Shown here piece after piece: positions 1 through 10,740 of a DNA stretch of 64,000 nucleotides. The DNA comes from the human T2T-CHM13v2.0 reference genome, Homo sapiens. Each line of letters opens with the position of its first letter. The first letter of the stretch is position 1. A model generated the notes under the pieces. It was not told the DNA's origin. It searched no databases and saw only the letters and a program-made list of their open reading frames with translations. The position numbers were made by a program, and so were the translations under genes. The stretch lies in the NCBI RefSeq assembly GCF_009914755.1, contig NC_060941.1; one strand, 5' to 3'.

Positions 1-1156
1 TGATGAGAAAGGTGTGGTGCTTCTAGCTGAAAGGGAAGACCTGTGGCCTGGGAATACCTTGGGCTTGGCTTGGGGTTGCAGCCAGCAAGGATGAGGGAGA
101 TGAGGGCCTGGGGATGAAATGAAAAGGAAATTTCAGGTGACTGGAGAAGGCTTATTGGCTGTGAACCTGGGAAGAGGGTTCAGATGTATGAAGCAGGTAA
201 GAAAAGAAGAGAGAAGCCCTGGGTGGGCCTCCCAGGGGGCCTTTTCCTTCTTCCCAGGGGTCACCCCAAGCTCAAGATGGGCACATGAGAGCCTCGGGCA
301 AGGGAGCAGGGATCAGGCCAGCACTGAACCGAGGTCAGAACTTCTGAGACACAGCAGTTCGAGGGAATTGACATTGCTGGGGGTTTTGTTTTCTCTGTAA
401 ATATTTGGAGATGTCCAGTTATTCTAGAAAAATGTATCTGCAGCTGAGGGGGCGCATTTGTGCGGCTGGCCTGGCTGCCTTTTGCATGACTGCTCTGTTA
501 CATTCTTCCCCTTCAGGAACCGAGGGTTGTTTTCCCATCTGTAACCTCATTAGGATGTCCACACCAGCGGGCTCCACACGCACATGCGCTCCGGCAGGTT
601 CCCCTCGGGGACACACACGCACACTGGCATTGCCCCCTGGCCACACGCTCACGCACACAGTCGCAGCTGTGCCTTTTAATATTTAATGCCATTGCTGCAA
701 ACGCCGCTCCACGCTGACTGCATCCGTGCCAGGCTCATTCCTCTCAGGGCGCCAATTCCCGGCTTGGAGACCAGCTGACAAATCTTGTTAAAAACCTTCC
801 AGCCCAGTGCATCTCTCGGAGGAGGGTAATGTCACGTGCTTGCGAGATGAGCGAATGGGTGTCATTACCAGGCAGCTCCATTTTCAACGAGGCTCTTTCC
901 ACTTGGGGAAATGGATGGAATCACCTATTGCGTGAGTGCCTCAGCCCTCCCTCTAGCTCCCCACGGCCCAGAGCTATTGCAGCTCTGGGTCCTTCAGACC
1001 CCTCTTGACGCATTGTAGGTTGGACTGACCTGCTCTCTGGCTTGCAGAAGTCACGGCTCTGGGTGGCACCAAGGCACGAAATGACACGGACACCTGGCCT
1101 GTGTGGGGGCCTTTGTCTGTCCCTCTCTCCCTGCTCCTCCACAGTCAGTATCCACA

Positions 1157-1567
1157 CTATGGTTTGAATGTATGTATCTTTCCGACATTCATATGGTTGG
1201 AACATAAACCCCAAGGCAATGGTATGAGAAGTTGGGGGGGGCCTTTGGGAGTTGATTAGGTCATGAAGGCTCCACCCTTGTGAACGGGATTAATGCCCTT
1301 ATAGCAATAAAAGAGCAGGAGGGAACTAGTTAGGCTCATTGTGATCTTCCACTCTTCTACCACATGAGGACACAGTGTTTGTCCCCTCCAGAGGGCATGG
1401 CAAGGCCCCATCTCGGAAGCAGAGAGAGTCCACACCAGACACTGAATCTGTTGGCGTCTTGATCTTGGACTTCCAATCCTCTAAAACTGTGAGAAATACA
1501 TTTCTATGGTTTGTAAATTACTCCATCGGTGGCATTTTGTTGTACCAGCAGGAAGGGACTATGACAT
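1157..1567 (+). mobile_element. MaLR solo LTR (MST/MLT1A-like)
   Basis: MaLR hallmarks: GGGCCTTTGGGAG-TGATTAGGTCATGA, GGGATTAATGCCCTTAT, TTGATCTTGGACTTCC, AACTGTGAGAAATA; ends ...GACTATGACA. Confidence 0.8.
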
Positions 1568-2902
1568 ACACCACGGAGGCCACTGCTGCTACAGTGGCTA
1601 GCAGAGAGGATCATGGGTGGTTCCAGCTCTCATGCCAGCAAAGGGTCTCATCCCTGACCCCTAGTCCAGTATGCTGTGGTCTCCAAGCCCACAGAAAGGC
1701 CCTCCCTCCAAACCCCAGCTTTCAGAGTCTAAGGGGCTGACAAAAGGTTAAGGGCTCTAGTTCTGGTCTGAGCTGGGACAGGTGAGCAGGCTACTGTGCA
1801 AGAGCTGCTAAATGCAGAGTCCCCAGGTATCGAGGTTACCCGGAAAAGTTGGCCTTCCCAAAGCTGCAGTAGGATCAGCATGTCCGGTTCAGTGCTGACT
1901 GTGCAGGCTTGGGGCCTATCCCTTGAACTCTGGAAGGGTATTTGCAAGATGGACCTCCTGTCCTCATCTTCCTTCTACCTTTCAGCCTCTTGGTCCTGTG
2001 TCACCAGACGGGCTCAGAGCATTCCTGAGCAACTTTGTGGTTCTGAGCGTCTCTAAGAAACGAGGCCTGGGAGAGGGCAGGGAGGAGGGGAGAGGGGACG
2101 GTCAGGTGGGGTGTGGGGGATTGCAAAACAAAGACACGCTCATTTGCCATTTACCAAAGACTTTTTTTTTCTTTTTCTTTTAAAGCTGTTGTTTCCTCAA
2201 GGGAAAACTTTATCTGTGTGTGGGTAAAATGTTGCTCTCTTAACGAATCGAAAGCAGAACATGAGGAGAGGTTTTCAGTCCCTGTGACAAAGAACAAAGA
2301 ACAAGCTCGTGGGCCTTGGGCGGCCACTGTCACCCTCCCCGCCCCTGACATTTCCCTTGTCCTCTCCTCCCATCCCAGTGGAGCCAAGAGCTGAGTGCAT
2401 GTCATCCCCACTCTGGAGCCCAGAGTGTGGCTTTGATCACGCGGAGGCAGCTGGCCTGGCCTGCAGGAAACACCACACTCTCCCCTGTTGAGAGCCTGGG
2501 AGGGCGACGCGGCAAGTGAGGGGATGAGTGTGCTTTTAGGGCGGCGTGGCAGCTGCCATTCCCGCTGGCTTGGAGGACAGTGAAGAAAACGATGGAGGGA
2601 GGGGTTCAGAGAGTTTGTTTGACCAGCTGATGTCCGCTTTTCCTCACCAAGCCAAGAAGTCTCCCCACTATCTCTGGTCTTGGAGATAAGGCCTGGTTTT
2701 CGGAAGAGCTGGTCTGAGCATTTGAGTCTGTGGGAGGCCAGAAGGTTCATTCAGAGGACTCTTCAGGCCACTCCCACGCCCCTTGCACTCACCCTCCTTG
2801 GCCCCTTCACTCCAGCAGGTGGGAACAGTTTCTGGACTTTCACTTTCAGTTTTTGGTTTAGGGGACAATAGCCTCTGTTTCCCAGTGTTGTCTGTCTGGT
2901 GT

Positions 2903-2944
2903 TAGCTTATCAGCCCTGTCTTTTTTTGGCATTGGTTGAGGTAG
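2903..2944 (-). promoter_or_regulatory. miR-21 and let-7 8mer target sites in the CCR7 3'UTR
   Basis: Plus strand TAGCTTATCAG (2903-2913) equals miR-21 nt 1-11 and TGAGGTAG (2937-2944) equals let-7 nt 1-8, so the minus-strand mRNA is complementary to both. Confidence 0.75.
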
Positions 2945-3115
2945 CTGGGATTGGGGTGAAGCTATCTTCTGGAGCAGGGGCTTGCACTCTGAGGGGAGAG
3001 CTGCTTTTCCCTGAGCAGCTTTTGGCGGGGGGATGTCCTGAGTCATTGCATCTGCTCCCTATCCCCACCCCAGGGACCCTGGGAGAGGTCCCTCTAGTCC
3101 AGGCAGAAGAGTCGC

Positions 3116-4192
3116 CTATGGGGAGAAGGTGGTGGTGGTCTCGGCCTCCACACTCATGGAGGAGCGCCGGATGTGCCGACAGGAAGACCACTGCCGGAGC
3201 TGCTCCTGGCTGAGGCAGCCCAGGTCCTTGAAGAGCTTGAAGAGATCGTTGCGGAACTTGACGCCGATGAAGGCGTACAAGAAAGGGTTGACGCAGCAGC
3301 GGACGCAGGCCAGGCTGTAGGTGACGTCGTAGGCGATGTTGAGTTGCTTACTGAGCTCACAGGTGCTACTGGTGATGTTGAAGTTGGCCACCGTCTGGGC
3401 CAGGACCACCCCATTGTAGGGCAGCTGGAAGACTATGAAGACCACGACCACAGCGATGATCACCTTGATGGCCTTGTTGCGCTCAAAGTTGCGTGCCTGG
3501 AGCAGGGTGCGGATGATGACAAGGTAACAGAAGCTCATGGCCAGCAGGGGGACCAGAAAGCCGATCACCATCTGGGCCACCTGGATGGTGATAAAGGCCT
3601 CCACATGCTCTGTGATGAGAGAGCATCGCATCGCTTGCTCACTGCTGCTCCTCTGGAGGTCACTGTACAGGAGCTCTGGGATGGAGAGCACTGTGGCTAG
3701 TATCCAGATGCCCACACAGGACAGCTTGCTGATGAGAAGGACGCGGGCACGGTGGCGGTGAGCTGAGACAGCCTGGACGATGGCCACGTAGCGGTCAATG
3801 CTGATGCAAAGAAGTAGGAGCATGCCACTGAAGAAGCTCATCTTGTAGATGGCAAAGATGAGCTTGCAAAAGTGGACACCGAAGACCCAGGACTTGGCCG
3901 CGCTGTAGGCCCAGAAGGGAAGGGTCAGGAGGAAGAGGATGTCTGCCACCGCCAGGTTGAGCAGGTAGGTATCGGTCATGGTCTTGAGCCTCTTGAAATA
4001 GATATAGGTCAACACGACCAGCCCATTGCCCAGTAGGCCCACGAAACAAATGATGGAGTACATGATAGGGAGGAACCAGGCTTTAAAGTTCCGCACGTCC
4101 TTCTTGGAGCACAAAGACTCGAACAAAGTGTAGTCCACTGTGGTGTTGTCTCCGATGTAATCGTCCGTGACCTCATCTTGACACAGGCATAC
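3116..4192 (-). CDS. CCR7: CCR7 coding exon 3 (last exon), residues 21-378 of C-C chemokine receptor 7
   Basis: Translation VCLCQDEVTDDYIGDNTTVDY...GLLGN...LAVAD...DRY...FQLPY...NPFLY...AETTTTFSP, a class A GPCR recognised as CCR7. Acceptor ...ccttccccgaAG lies at 4194-4193 and stop TAG at 3118-3116. 1077 nt = 358 aa + stop. Confidence 0.99.
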   Translation of the reverse strand, partial: VCLCQDEVTDDYIGDNTTVDYTLFESLCSKKDVRNFKAWFLPIMYSIICFVGLLGNGLVVLTYIYFKRLKTMTDTYLLNLAVADILFLLTLPFWAYSAAKSWVFGVHFCKLIFAIYKMSFFSGMLLLLCISIDRYVAIVQAVSAHRHRARVLLISKLSCVGIWILATVLSIPELLYSDLQRSSSEQAMRCSLITEHVEAFITIQVAQMVIGFLVPLLAMSFCYLVIIRTLLQARNFERNKAIKVIIAVVVVFIVFQLPYNGVVLAQTVANFNITSSTCELSKQLNIAYDVTYSLACVRCCVNPFLYAFIGVKFRNDLFKLFKDLGCLSQEQLRQWSSCRHIRRSSMSVEAETTTTFSP

Positions 4193-4276
4193 CTTCGGGG
4201 AAGGAAATGAGGGAAAACAGGCCAGTTTAGCTGGGTGGCTCCAACTCTGGCTGGGATTTAGCCTAGAGCAGTGGTT

Positions 4277-4493
4277 TCTTTCTTTTTTTTTTTTCTTGAG
4301 ACATGGTCTCACTCTGTTGCCCAGGCTGGAGTGCAGTGGTGCAATCATGGCTCCCTGCAGCCTCGGCCTCTCCAGGCTCAGGTGATCCTTCCACTTCAGC
4401 CTCCTGAGTAGCTGGGACCACAGCCTTATGCCACCACACCCAGCGAATTTTTGTATTTTTAGTAGAGATGGGATTCTGCCATGTTGCCCAGGC
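4277..4493 (-). mobile_element. 5'-truncated AluJ-like element inserted in a MER5-type DNA transposon
   Basis: Poly(T) then Alu right arm and part of the left arm; AGTGGTTTC is repeated on both sides. Confidence 0.88.
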
Positions 4494-4499
4494 GGGAGG

Positions 4500-4780
4500 A
4501 ATAGTGGTTTCATCGTGAGGTCCGCATCATCAGTATCATAGCATCACCTGGGAACTTGTTAGGAATGCAAATTCTCAGGCCCCACCTGAGAATTCTGAAC
4601 CAGAATCTCAAGTGATGGGTCTAGGAATCTGTGTTTTCCTAAAGTCTCCAGGTGATTCTTTGGTTTTAAATCAGTGCTTCTCAAATTTTAACTCCAATAC
4701 GCATCACCTGATTAATCCTGTGAACATGTCTATCCTGAATCAGTAGGCTAAGGTGGGGCCTGAGATTCTACAGTTCTGCT
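4500..4780. mobile_element. MER5A/MER5-like hAT relics
   Basis: AGCATCACCTGGGAACTTGTTAG-AATGCAAATTCTCAGGCCCCACC...CCAGGTGATTCT; CAGTGCTTCTCAAA terminus. Confidence 0.75.
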
Positions 4781-4896
4781 AGTAAGTAGCAAGTGGCTGA
4801 TTTTGCCAAGTCTGAGAGACTCTACATGTGCTGACAGGGGACTGGAAATCAGCTGGGCTCTGGGGCCAGATGAGCCTTGAGCTGGTTAAACTCTTT

Positions 4897-4985
4897 CTGT
4901 CTCTCTCTCTCTCTCTCAGAGCCTCAGTTTTCTCTTCTGTGAAATGGAGATGAATCCTATTTGCTTCCCATGGTTGCTGTGAGGT
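4897..4985 (+). mobile_element. (TC)n tract plus MIR core
   Basis: GCCTCAGTTTTCTCTTCTGTGAAATGGAGATG matches the MIR core. Confidence 0.65.
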
Positions 4986-7266
4986 ACCTAGCCCAGGCTC
5001 CAGCACCATTTCCTCTCCATGGAGCTTTAATTTTGCCCCCTGGAAGCTCCGTGAGAGAGGGAACATGTGTCTTTCTTCTTGACCCTCCTTTAGAACTTGG
5101 TGGAGTTTTCCAGGGGGCTTACAAAAGACCTCAGCTTTAGGGGGAAAATCCACCTGGGGGTCAAGGTTGAGGAGGGCCTGGAGTAAGAAGAGAGGAAGGC
5201 AAATGCTCCCATTTTGAGGCCATGAAGCCTTGGGTTTGGGGCAAACTGCTGTGATCATGGGTGGTGGGTGACCTGGAGAGACTCTAGATCCTGGGTCCCC
5301 TCTTAGCACCCAGCAGGAGCTCAGGCAACGTGAGCCCAAGTGCCATAAACTCCGTGAATGGATGATGGGCCATGGGGGTGGGGGCGAGGACTCCTCAGCA
5401 GCTGTGTCCCTGGAAGGAAGCGCAGCTCTCATCTCCCACTCTCCCTCTGTGCTCCCGCCCTCTCCCCCCACCTCTCTGCCTCTCTCTTCCTCGCATCTCT
5501 TCCGGCAGATCCCAATCAGCAGGACTCAGCTGCTGGAGCTTTTTTTAGCCGTCTGCAGGGTCGGGTGAAGGTTCAGCAGCCTGCTGTGATTTTATCAATG
5601 AAGGAGGGGGTCCATGCCTGCCCCTGCCTCTGCGCACAGCGATGGACGGGTTTGTGCAGGGCAGGGAGCTGGGCTGGAGGACCTGCCTCACGAGGCTCAT
5701 GGTTCTATCACCAGGAACCAGATTCAGCAGCTCAGCGACGGTGGGTTTCTATCCATTTATGCTGGAGGGATTCACCGCATCTTGTCTCTATCTCTTTTTC
5801 ACACCCAAGTTCTGGATTCATCACTGTCCTGCTTGGGAACATGGTGAGGACAAAATGATGTCCAGGAGCCTTTTCTTTGGCCATTGCTAGCCTGAGACGA
5901 AAAGTCAGTGGCAACCCCTCTTCCCTTTCCTGGGCATGGCTGCAGCCTGGGAGCCCTGAAGGAGGCTGCTGCCTTTGGCCCAGCCATGGTTACGGCCCAA
6001 GGCCTTAGACCCGGGGTCCCTGGACATGAGGGGGTCTCAGCCTTCCTGGAGGGCAGTACTCCCGGCCTCTATGAAGTGCACTCTGCATCATCCAGTCCTG
6101 CCTTCCCTTCTCCCCTTGAACCTTGTTCCTGTTTTATAATTCTCCCTCCCCTAGCCTCACTGCCTCTGCAGCCCACAGCCCCACCACATCCTGCCCTATC
6201 TGAGCACCCCCTCCCCAAGTGAAAGGGAAGAATGAGCCTCAGCTGTCCTCCTCCCCTTCCCACCCTTCCAGCCTCCACTGCCAGCAATACAGCCCCCCAG
6301 AGTCCTGGAGACAGGGGAGAGAGAGGAGGGAGTGGTGATGGGGAAGGGGGCCAGGCTATGGGCTGCAGCCCAGGCTCCGGGGGGCCTCTGGGATGGGGTT
6401 TTGGGAACAGTGCCCAGCTTGGGGCCTGCCTCTGGCCTGAGCTTCTGGAAAGCTGCCCCTCTGGCCTCCAGACCTGGGGATGAGCCGAATTCTGAAGCAC
6501 TGCCTCTCTAGCTCTGGCCTCAGTTGGACTCCCCTACCCCTACTCTGAGCTCCCACCTCTAACAAATGGGAGAAAGTTGACTCTGCGAGTTACAGTTTCT
6601 TCTAACTTTGGCACTTGGTGAGGCACACTTTCTGTCTGTTTCTGGATGGAGAAACAGAACTTTGTAAAGTGAGGGTCTTTGTTCCTGCCGAGTTCAGGCC
6701 TGCTATAAAGTGTGTGCTCATCCACCCCTCTCCCCATCCCTAGGGCCCCATCCTCTCTTCCCTCCCCTGCCAGGGAGGCCGGATGGGTCTCTATTTCACC
6801 AAAGAAAACGGGGGCTGCGAGGGAAGCCTTTGGGTGAAGGTTGGAAAGAGACAACTTTGGGGCGATAGGATAGTAACAAGATCGCCAGATCCAGGGTGAT
6901 TTTCTCAGCACACGTGCACAAAACCCAGTAACATTTTTTGCTTTTTGCAGCTCTTCTCTCTCTAAGAACTCAGAGTCCATATTTCTGTCTCCTGGGCAGG
7001 GAGATTGGAGGTGGGATAGGGAAGGTGGTAAGTTATTTTCCCCCATGTTTTAACCTAAATGGAGTAAAGGAAGTCCAGAGAACATCTGTGGCTCTCCAGG
7101 GTCACTCAGCAGATGGTGAGGGGGCAGCCATTAGCTTAATGAGTGGCAGGCGGGCTTATGTCTGGGTCTTGTATCTTCTAGCAAATGCCCAGCTCCTCCA
7201 CTAAACCCCTGACTTGGGAGGCCGTGTGGAGAAGGGAACAGAGCTTTCCTTGGCAGAGAACCTCAC

Positions 7267-7316
7267 CTGGAAAATGACAAGGAGAGCCACCACCAGCACG
7301 CTTTTCATTGGTTTCC
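7267..7316 (-). CDS. CCR7: CCR7 coding exon 2 (50 nt, signal peptide GKPMKSVLVVALLVIFQ)
   Basis: Minus strand reads acAG|GG AAA CCA ATG AAA AGC GTG CTG GTG GTG GCT CTC CTT GTC ATT TTC CAG|GTGAG. Phases join exon 1 and exon 3 exactly. Confidence 0.97.
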
Positions 7317-10300
7317 CTGTAGGAGACAAGGCGAGAAAGTTATTGCTTGGCAGGGACAAGTCTTTGTTATTAAAGAAAGCAGTGGAGGGGGAGACGCTGT
7401 TGGGAACTTTCCTCCCAAGCTCCAGGCACTGTGTTTGCTGAAAGAGAACATCAGAACCAGATTGTGCCTTTGAACACCTGGCCTGCTGCCCGGCATCACT
7501 GTCCTCACCTCCTTCTTGTCCTCCTCCACTCCCAGGTCCTGGAAAGAAGCAGCATCAGAATGCAGGGCAGCCCCTCCCACCCCCTGTCTTGGCCCATCTG
7601 GGCTGCTTCTTGGAGCTGGGAAGTCTTCTCTAGCCCAGACCACCCCTCAAGACTGAGCTTGGTTGGTGGGTCTGAGTGCCCCCTCCCACTCCACCTGATG
7701 TGGGATGAGGCGGCAAAGCTATGAGGTCGTGGGGTAGGTGCACACGTTTCCAGCCCTGCTTTGGTGCTGGTAGCCACTGGCCCAGGAGCATTTTCCTGGC
7801 ATCCAGGTGAGTGCGCAGCCACACGTGCATGAAGCCAAGCCTGAGTGTCTCCTGAGGGAGGTGGGCTGAGGAAGGAGGATGACCTCACAGGCTGGGTAGA
7901 GGGATGAGGTTCCTTACTGGTCCACAGCGATGGAGACTGCCTCAGGGCTCCACCAGCTCCACAACACCCCCTCACTGAAATGACATTCATTCAGCACTGA
8001 CTGTTGGTCCACTGGGCGCACACCCTTGGCCTGCCTTTGGGACAGAGATCCCTTCCCTTTTATCTTGTGCAGGCCCAGAATTGAGGAGGTGCCCCACAAT
8101 TGTGTGCTGATGAATATATGAATGATAAATACATGAATGATGAATAAATACATGAATGACAAGTAAACGAATGCCTGTCCTTTTTCCAAGGGAGAGGGCA
8201 TCAAGATGGCCCGAGAGGACACAGAAGGGATGCTGTCCTGTTGCAGTGTGGGGGAAGGACGCTCTTTCCTGATGTCACGACTTCTTTATTTTTTTGCTTA
8301 ACTGAAGTGCCTGCACACACTTTCTCTCCTTTAACTTGTTTTCTAACTTAGGCTTGGGGGGCAGGTGAAAGGGGGAACAGGGTCAGCTTTGGGAAGCGAC
8401 GTGTTCTGGAAGTCAGGAGGCTTCCTGGGGTCTGAGCAGCTGATGGGGACCCCGGTGTAGCACAAGGCCCAGATGTGCTCAGTCTGGTTTTGTGGCTGAG
8501 CCTGGGGCCCAGCAGGAACTTATTTCTTCCTGAGGCTGAGCAGGGAGGACAGTTGACAGAGTAATTTGCCTAGATGTTTTAGCTTACCTACAAGTCAGGG
8601 CGGCAGTAGCCCTCTTCCCGTATCCTGACCCTCAGGTCCCAGCTAGGTAGGGCCTGGCCCACTGGAGAGTCAGTAACTGCGATGCCACAAGTGAAGGCAG
8701 GCCCTTGGCAGCTCCAAGCTCAATAGCGCCAGGAAATGCGTGGGAACCTGTTTAAGGCACCTTCTCCTGGAGGCTGGGGAAGCAGTGAGAGCCCAGCGCT
8801 TCCGTGTCCTTGGCCACAGCACCACCTGCTGGAAGCCTCCCTGCATGGCACCCAGGTTGCAGTTGGTTAATGTGTTCCCCGGAAATTGTGTAAAGCCAGG
8901 GATTCTGGGCTTGGGAGTTCCTCCGGGAAGGAGAGACTGCATCGGGCTACATAAATAAATAGGTATTTCTCCCGCCTTGAGCAAATAGTCCTGCACACTA
9001 CTGCTAGACACATCTGCCTAAAGCTTAGCTCTGATGGCAGTCCCCACCTCACCTTCCTCCTAAATCCTCAGGGGCTCTAACCGGCCCTGAGGATGAAGCC
9101 CCTGATGCTTGGCCTGGCAGTCCAGTCCTCCGCTGTCCACTCAAAGAGGGCTTCCTAGCTGCATTTTCTATTCTGGGGACAGGCAGCCGCTGTCCCCTCG
9201 TTCCCAGCCTGCGCTCGGGCATTTGTAGTCCTGCTGCGATTGGACCCTGTTGCAACAGAGCTCCCCACCGCTCATTCCCCTTTTTCACTGAATTACCCCT
9301 TAGCTCCTGAGTTTAAGTCCACGTTTACGCCCAACCACACTCTTCACGGTTCAACGCTCCACCCGCCCTCCACTGACTCATCTAGAGGTCGAGTCTCGAG
9401 GTTTCTTTAAAACACGTAAGTGTCTTTCGGTTACTCTAGAGAAAGCCCGCTCTGACTGTCAGGGAGAAATGAGAAACCTCAAAGTTTTGATAAGTCACAA
9501 CGGGTGAGATCTGAGGAGCAAGAACTGTGTTTCTGTTGAACTCTGTTGATAACCCCTTCTCCCGGACGCTGTCCCACTCCTGCTGTTCCCGTCAGGGGAG
9601 GGGAGTTGGGGGAGTGCTGGCGTGTGTGCCTGTGATTTCTCATTCCAGGTGTTTTGGAGGAGGTGGATGAGCAAGGGTCTTGTAGGTCCAAAACAGGTGG
9701 CTTTCAAGAAACATCACAGGGAAACTTAGGGGAACTCTTGTATGTGGCAAAAGGGAGCCTGGTCAGTGGCCTTGAGTCAGATCATCCCTGTCTGTTACAA
9801 AGTCATAAAGAAACTGGTCTTGGGCAGCAGCTTCAGTGAGACCAATGAAGTTGGGAATCTCTGGGGCTAAGGAGTGGTTGACCTAGATGTTGGGTGTTTT
9901 CTGAGTTCTTGAGTTTTCAGTAATGATCATCATGAAAATTCCCTAGAACTCCAACCGGAGCCCCCAACATGAGAGACTGCCCATCCAGGAAAGAAAATTA
10001 TTGGCTGGCTGCCCCCATCTCCAAACCATGAACTTCCATCCCCACATTTTTCCAGGTCCTCCAGACTGCCCAGGAAATCACAGTTGCCCAATCAGCTCGC
10101 CCCAAGAGCGACCCCAAGCTTTTTCCTCTTTGAACTTCCTCACCTGCCAACACAACTTTTCTCTCTCTCTCTTTTTTTTTGGATAAGGGAGGCAGAGGAG
10201 AAGCAGGGAGGTGGTGAGAGGTCTAGAGATCTGGGGAATCCACTTTCAGACAGTAGGCAGGGATGGGTGAGAGCCTGGTAGACCTTGCATTTTCTATGTT

Positions 10301-10319
10301 ATCAACTGCTGTATCCAAT

Positions 10320-10740
10320 GAGATAATTCATATTCACTGAGCTCTCACTGCGTGCCACACTGTCTGCATGTATGGTCTCATTTCATCCTCTCAAAAGCCC
10401 CATGAGGTAGGCGCTACTATTATCCCCATTTACCAATGAGAAACTGAAACACAGCAAGTAACTTTCTCAGAGTCACACAATGGCCAGCAGGGGAGCAGGC
10501 TTTGAAACCCTCCAACTCCAGCAACCACACTCCTAACCATCCTTCTGTGCGGCCACTGGGTCTGTATGTGTCTCTCCCTCATAACATCTCATGAGCTACC
10601 CTGGTGATCCTCATCTTAGATTCCAGAAAATAGAGGCCCAGAGAGATTAAGCCAAATGCCTGGGGCCACACAGCTGCTAAGAGAGGGACCTGAGATTTGA
10701 ACAGGATAGCAAGGTTTGGGCTCTGGCTACTGCATCAGGC
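10320..10740 (-). mobile_element. Two MIR fragments
   Basis: ATTATCCCCATTTACCAATGAGAAACTGAAAC and GAGGCCCAGAGAGATTAAG reverse MIR cores. Confidence 0.65.

Noticed and set aside
3173-3700. 175-aa plus-strand ORF antisense to CCR7
   Set aside because: Shadow of GC3-rich codon usage in the sense CDS; no independent evidence.
4193-4513. N-terminal 107-aa extension of the 465-aa ORF
   Set aside because: Intron 2 sequence read through an Alu; the real exon starts at the acceptor at 4192.
4779-5471. 230-aa minus-strand intronic ORF
   Set aside because: Runs through MIR and (TC)n, has no domain and low-complexity composition.
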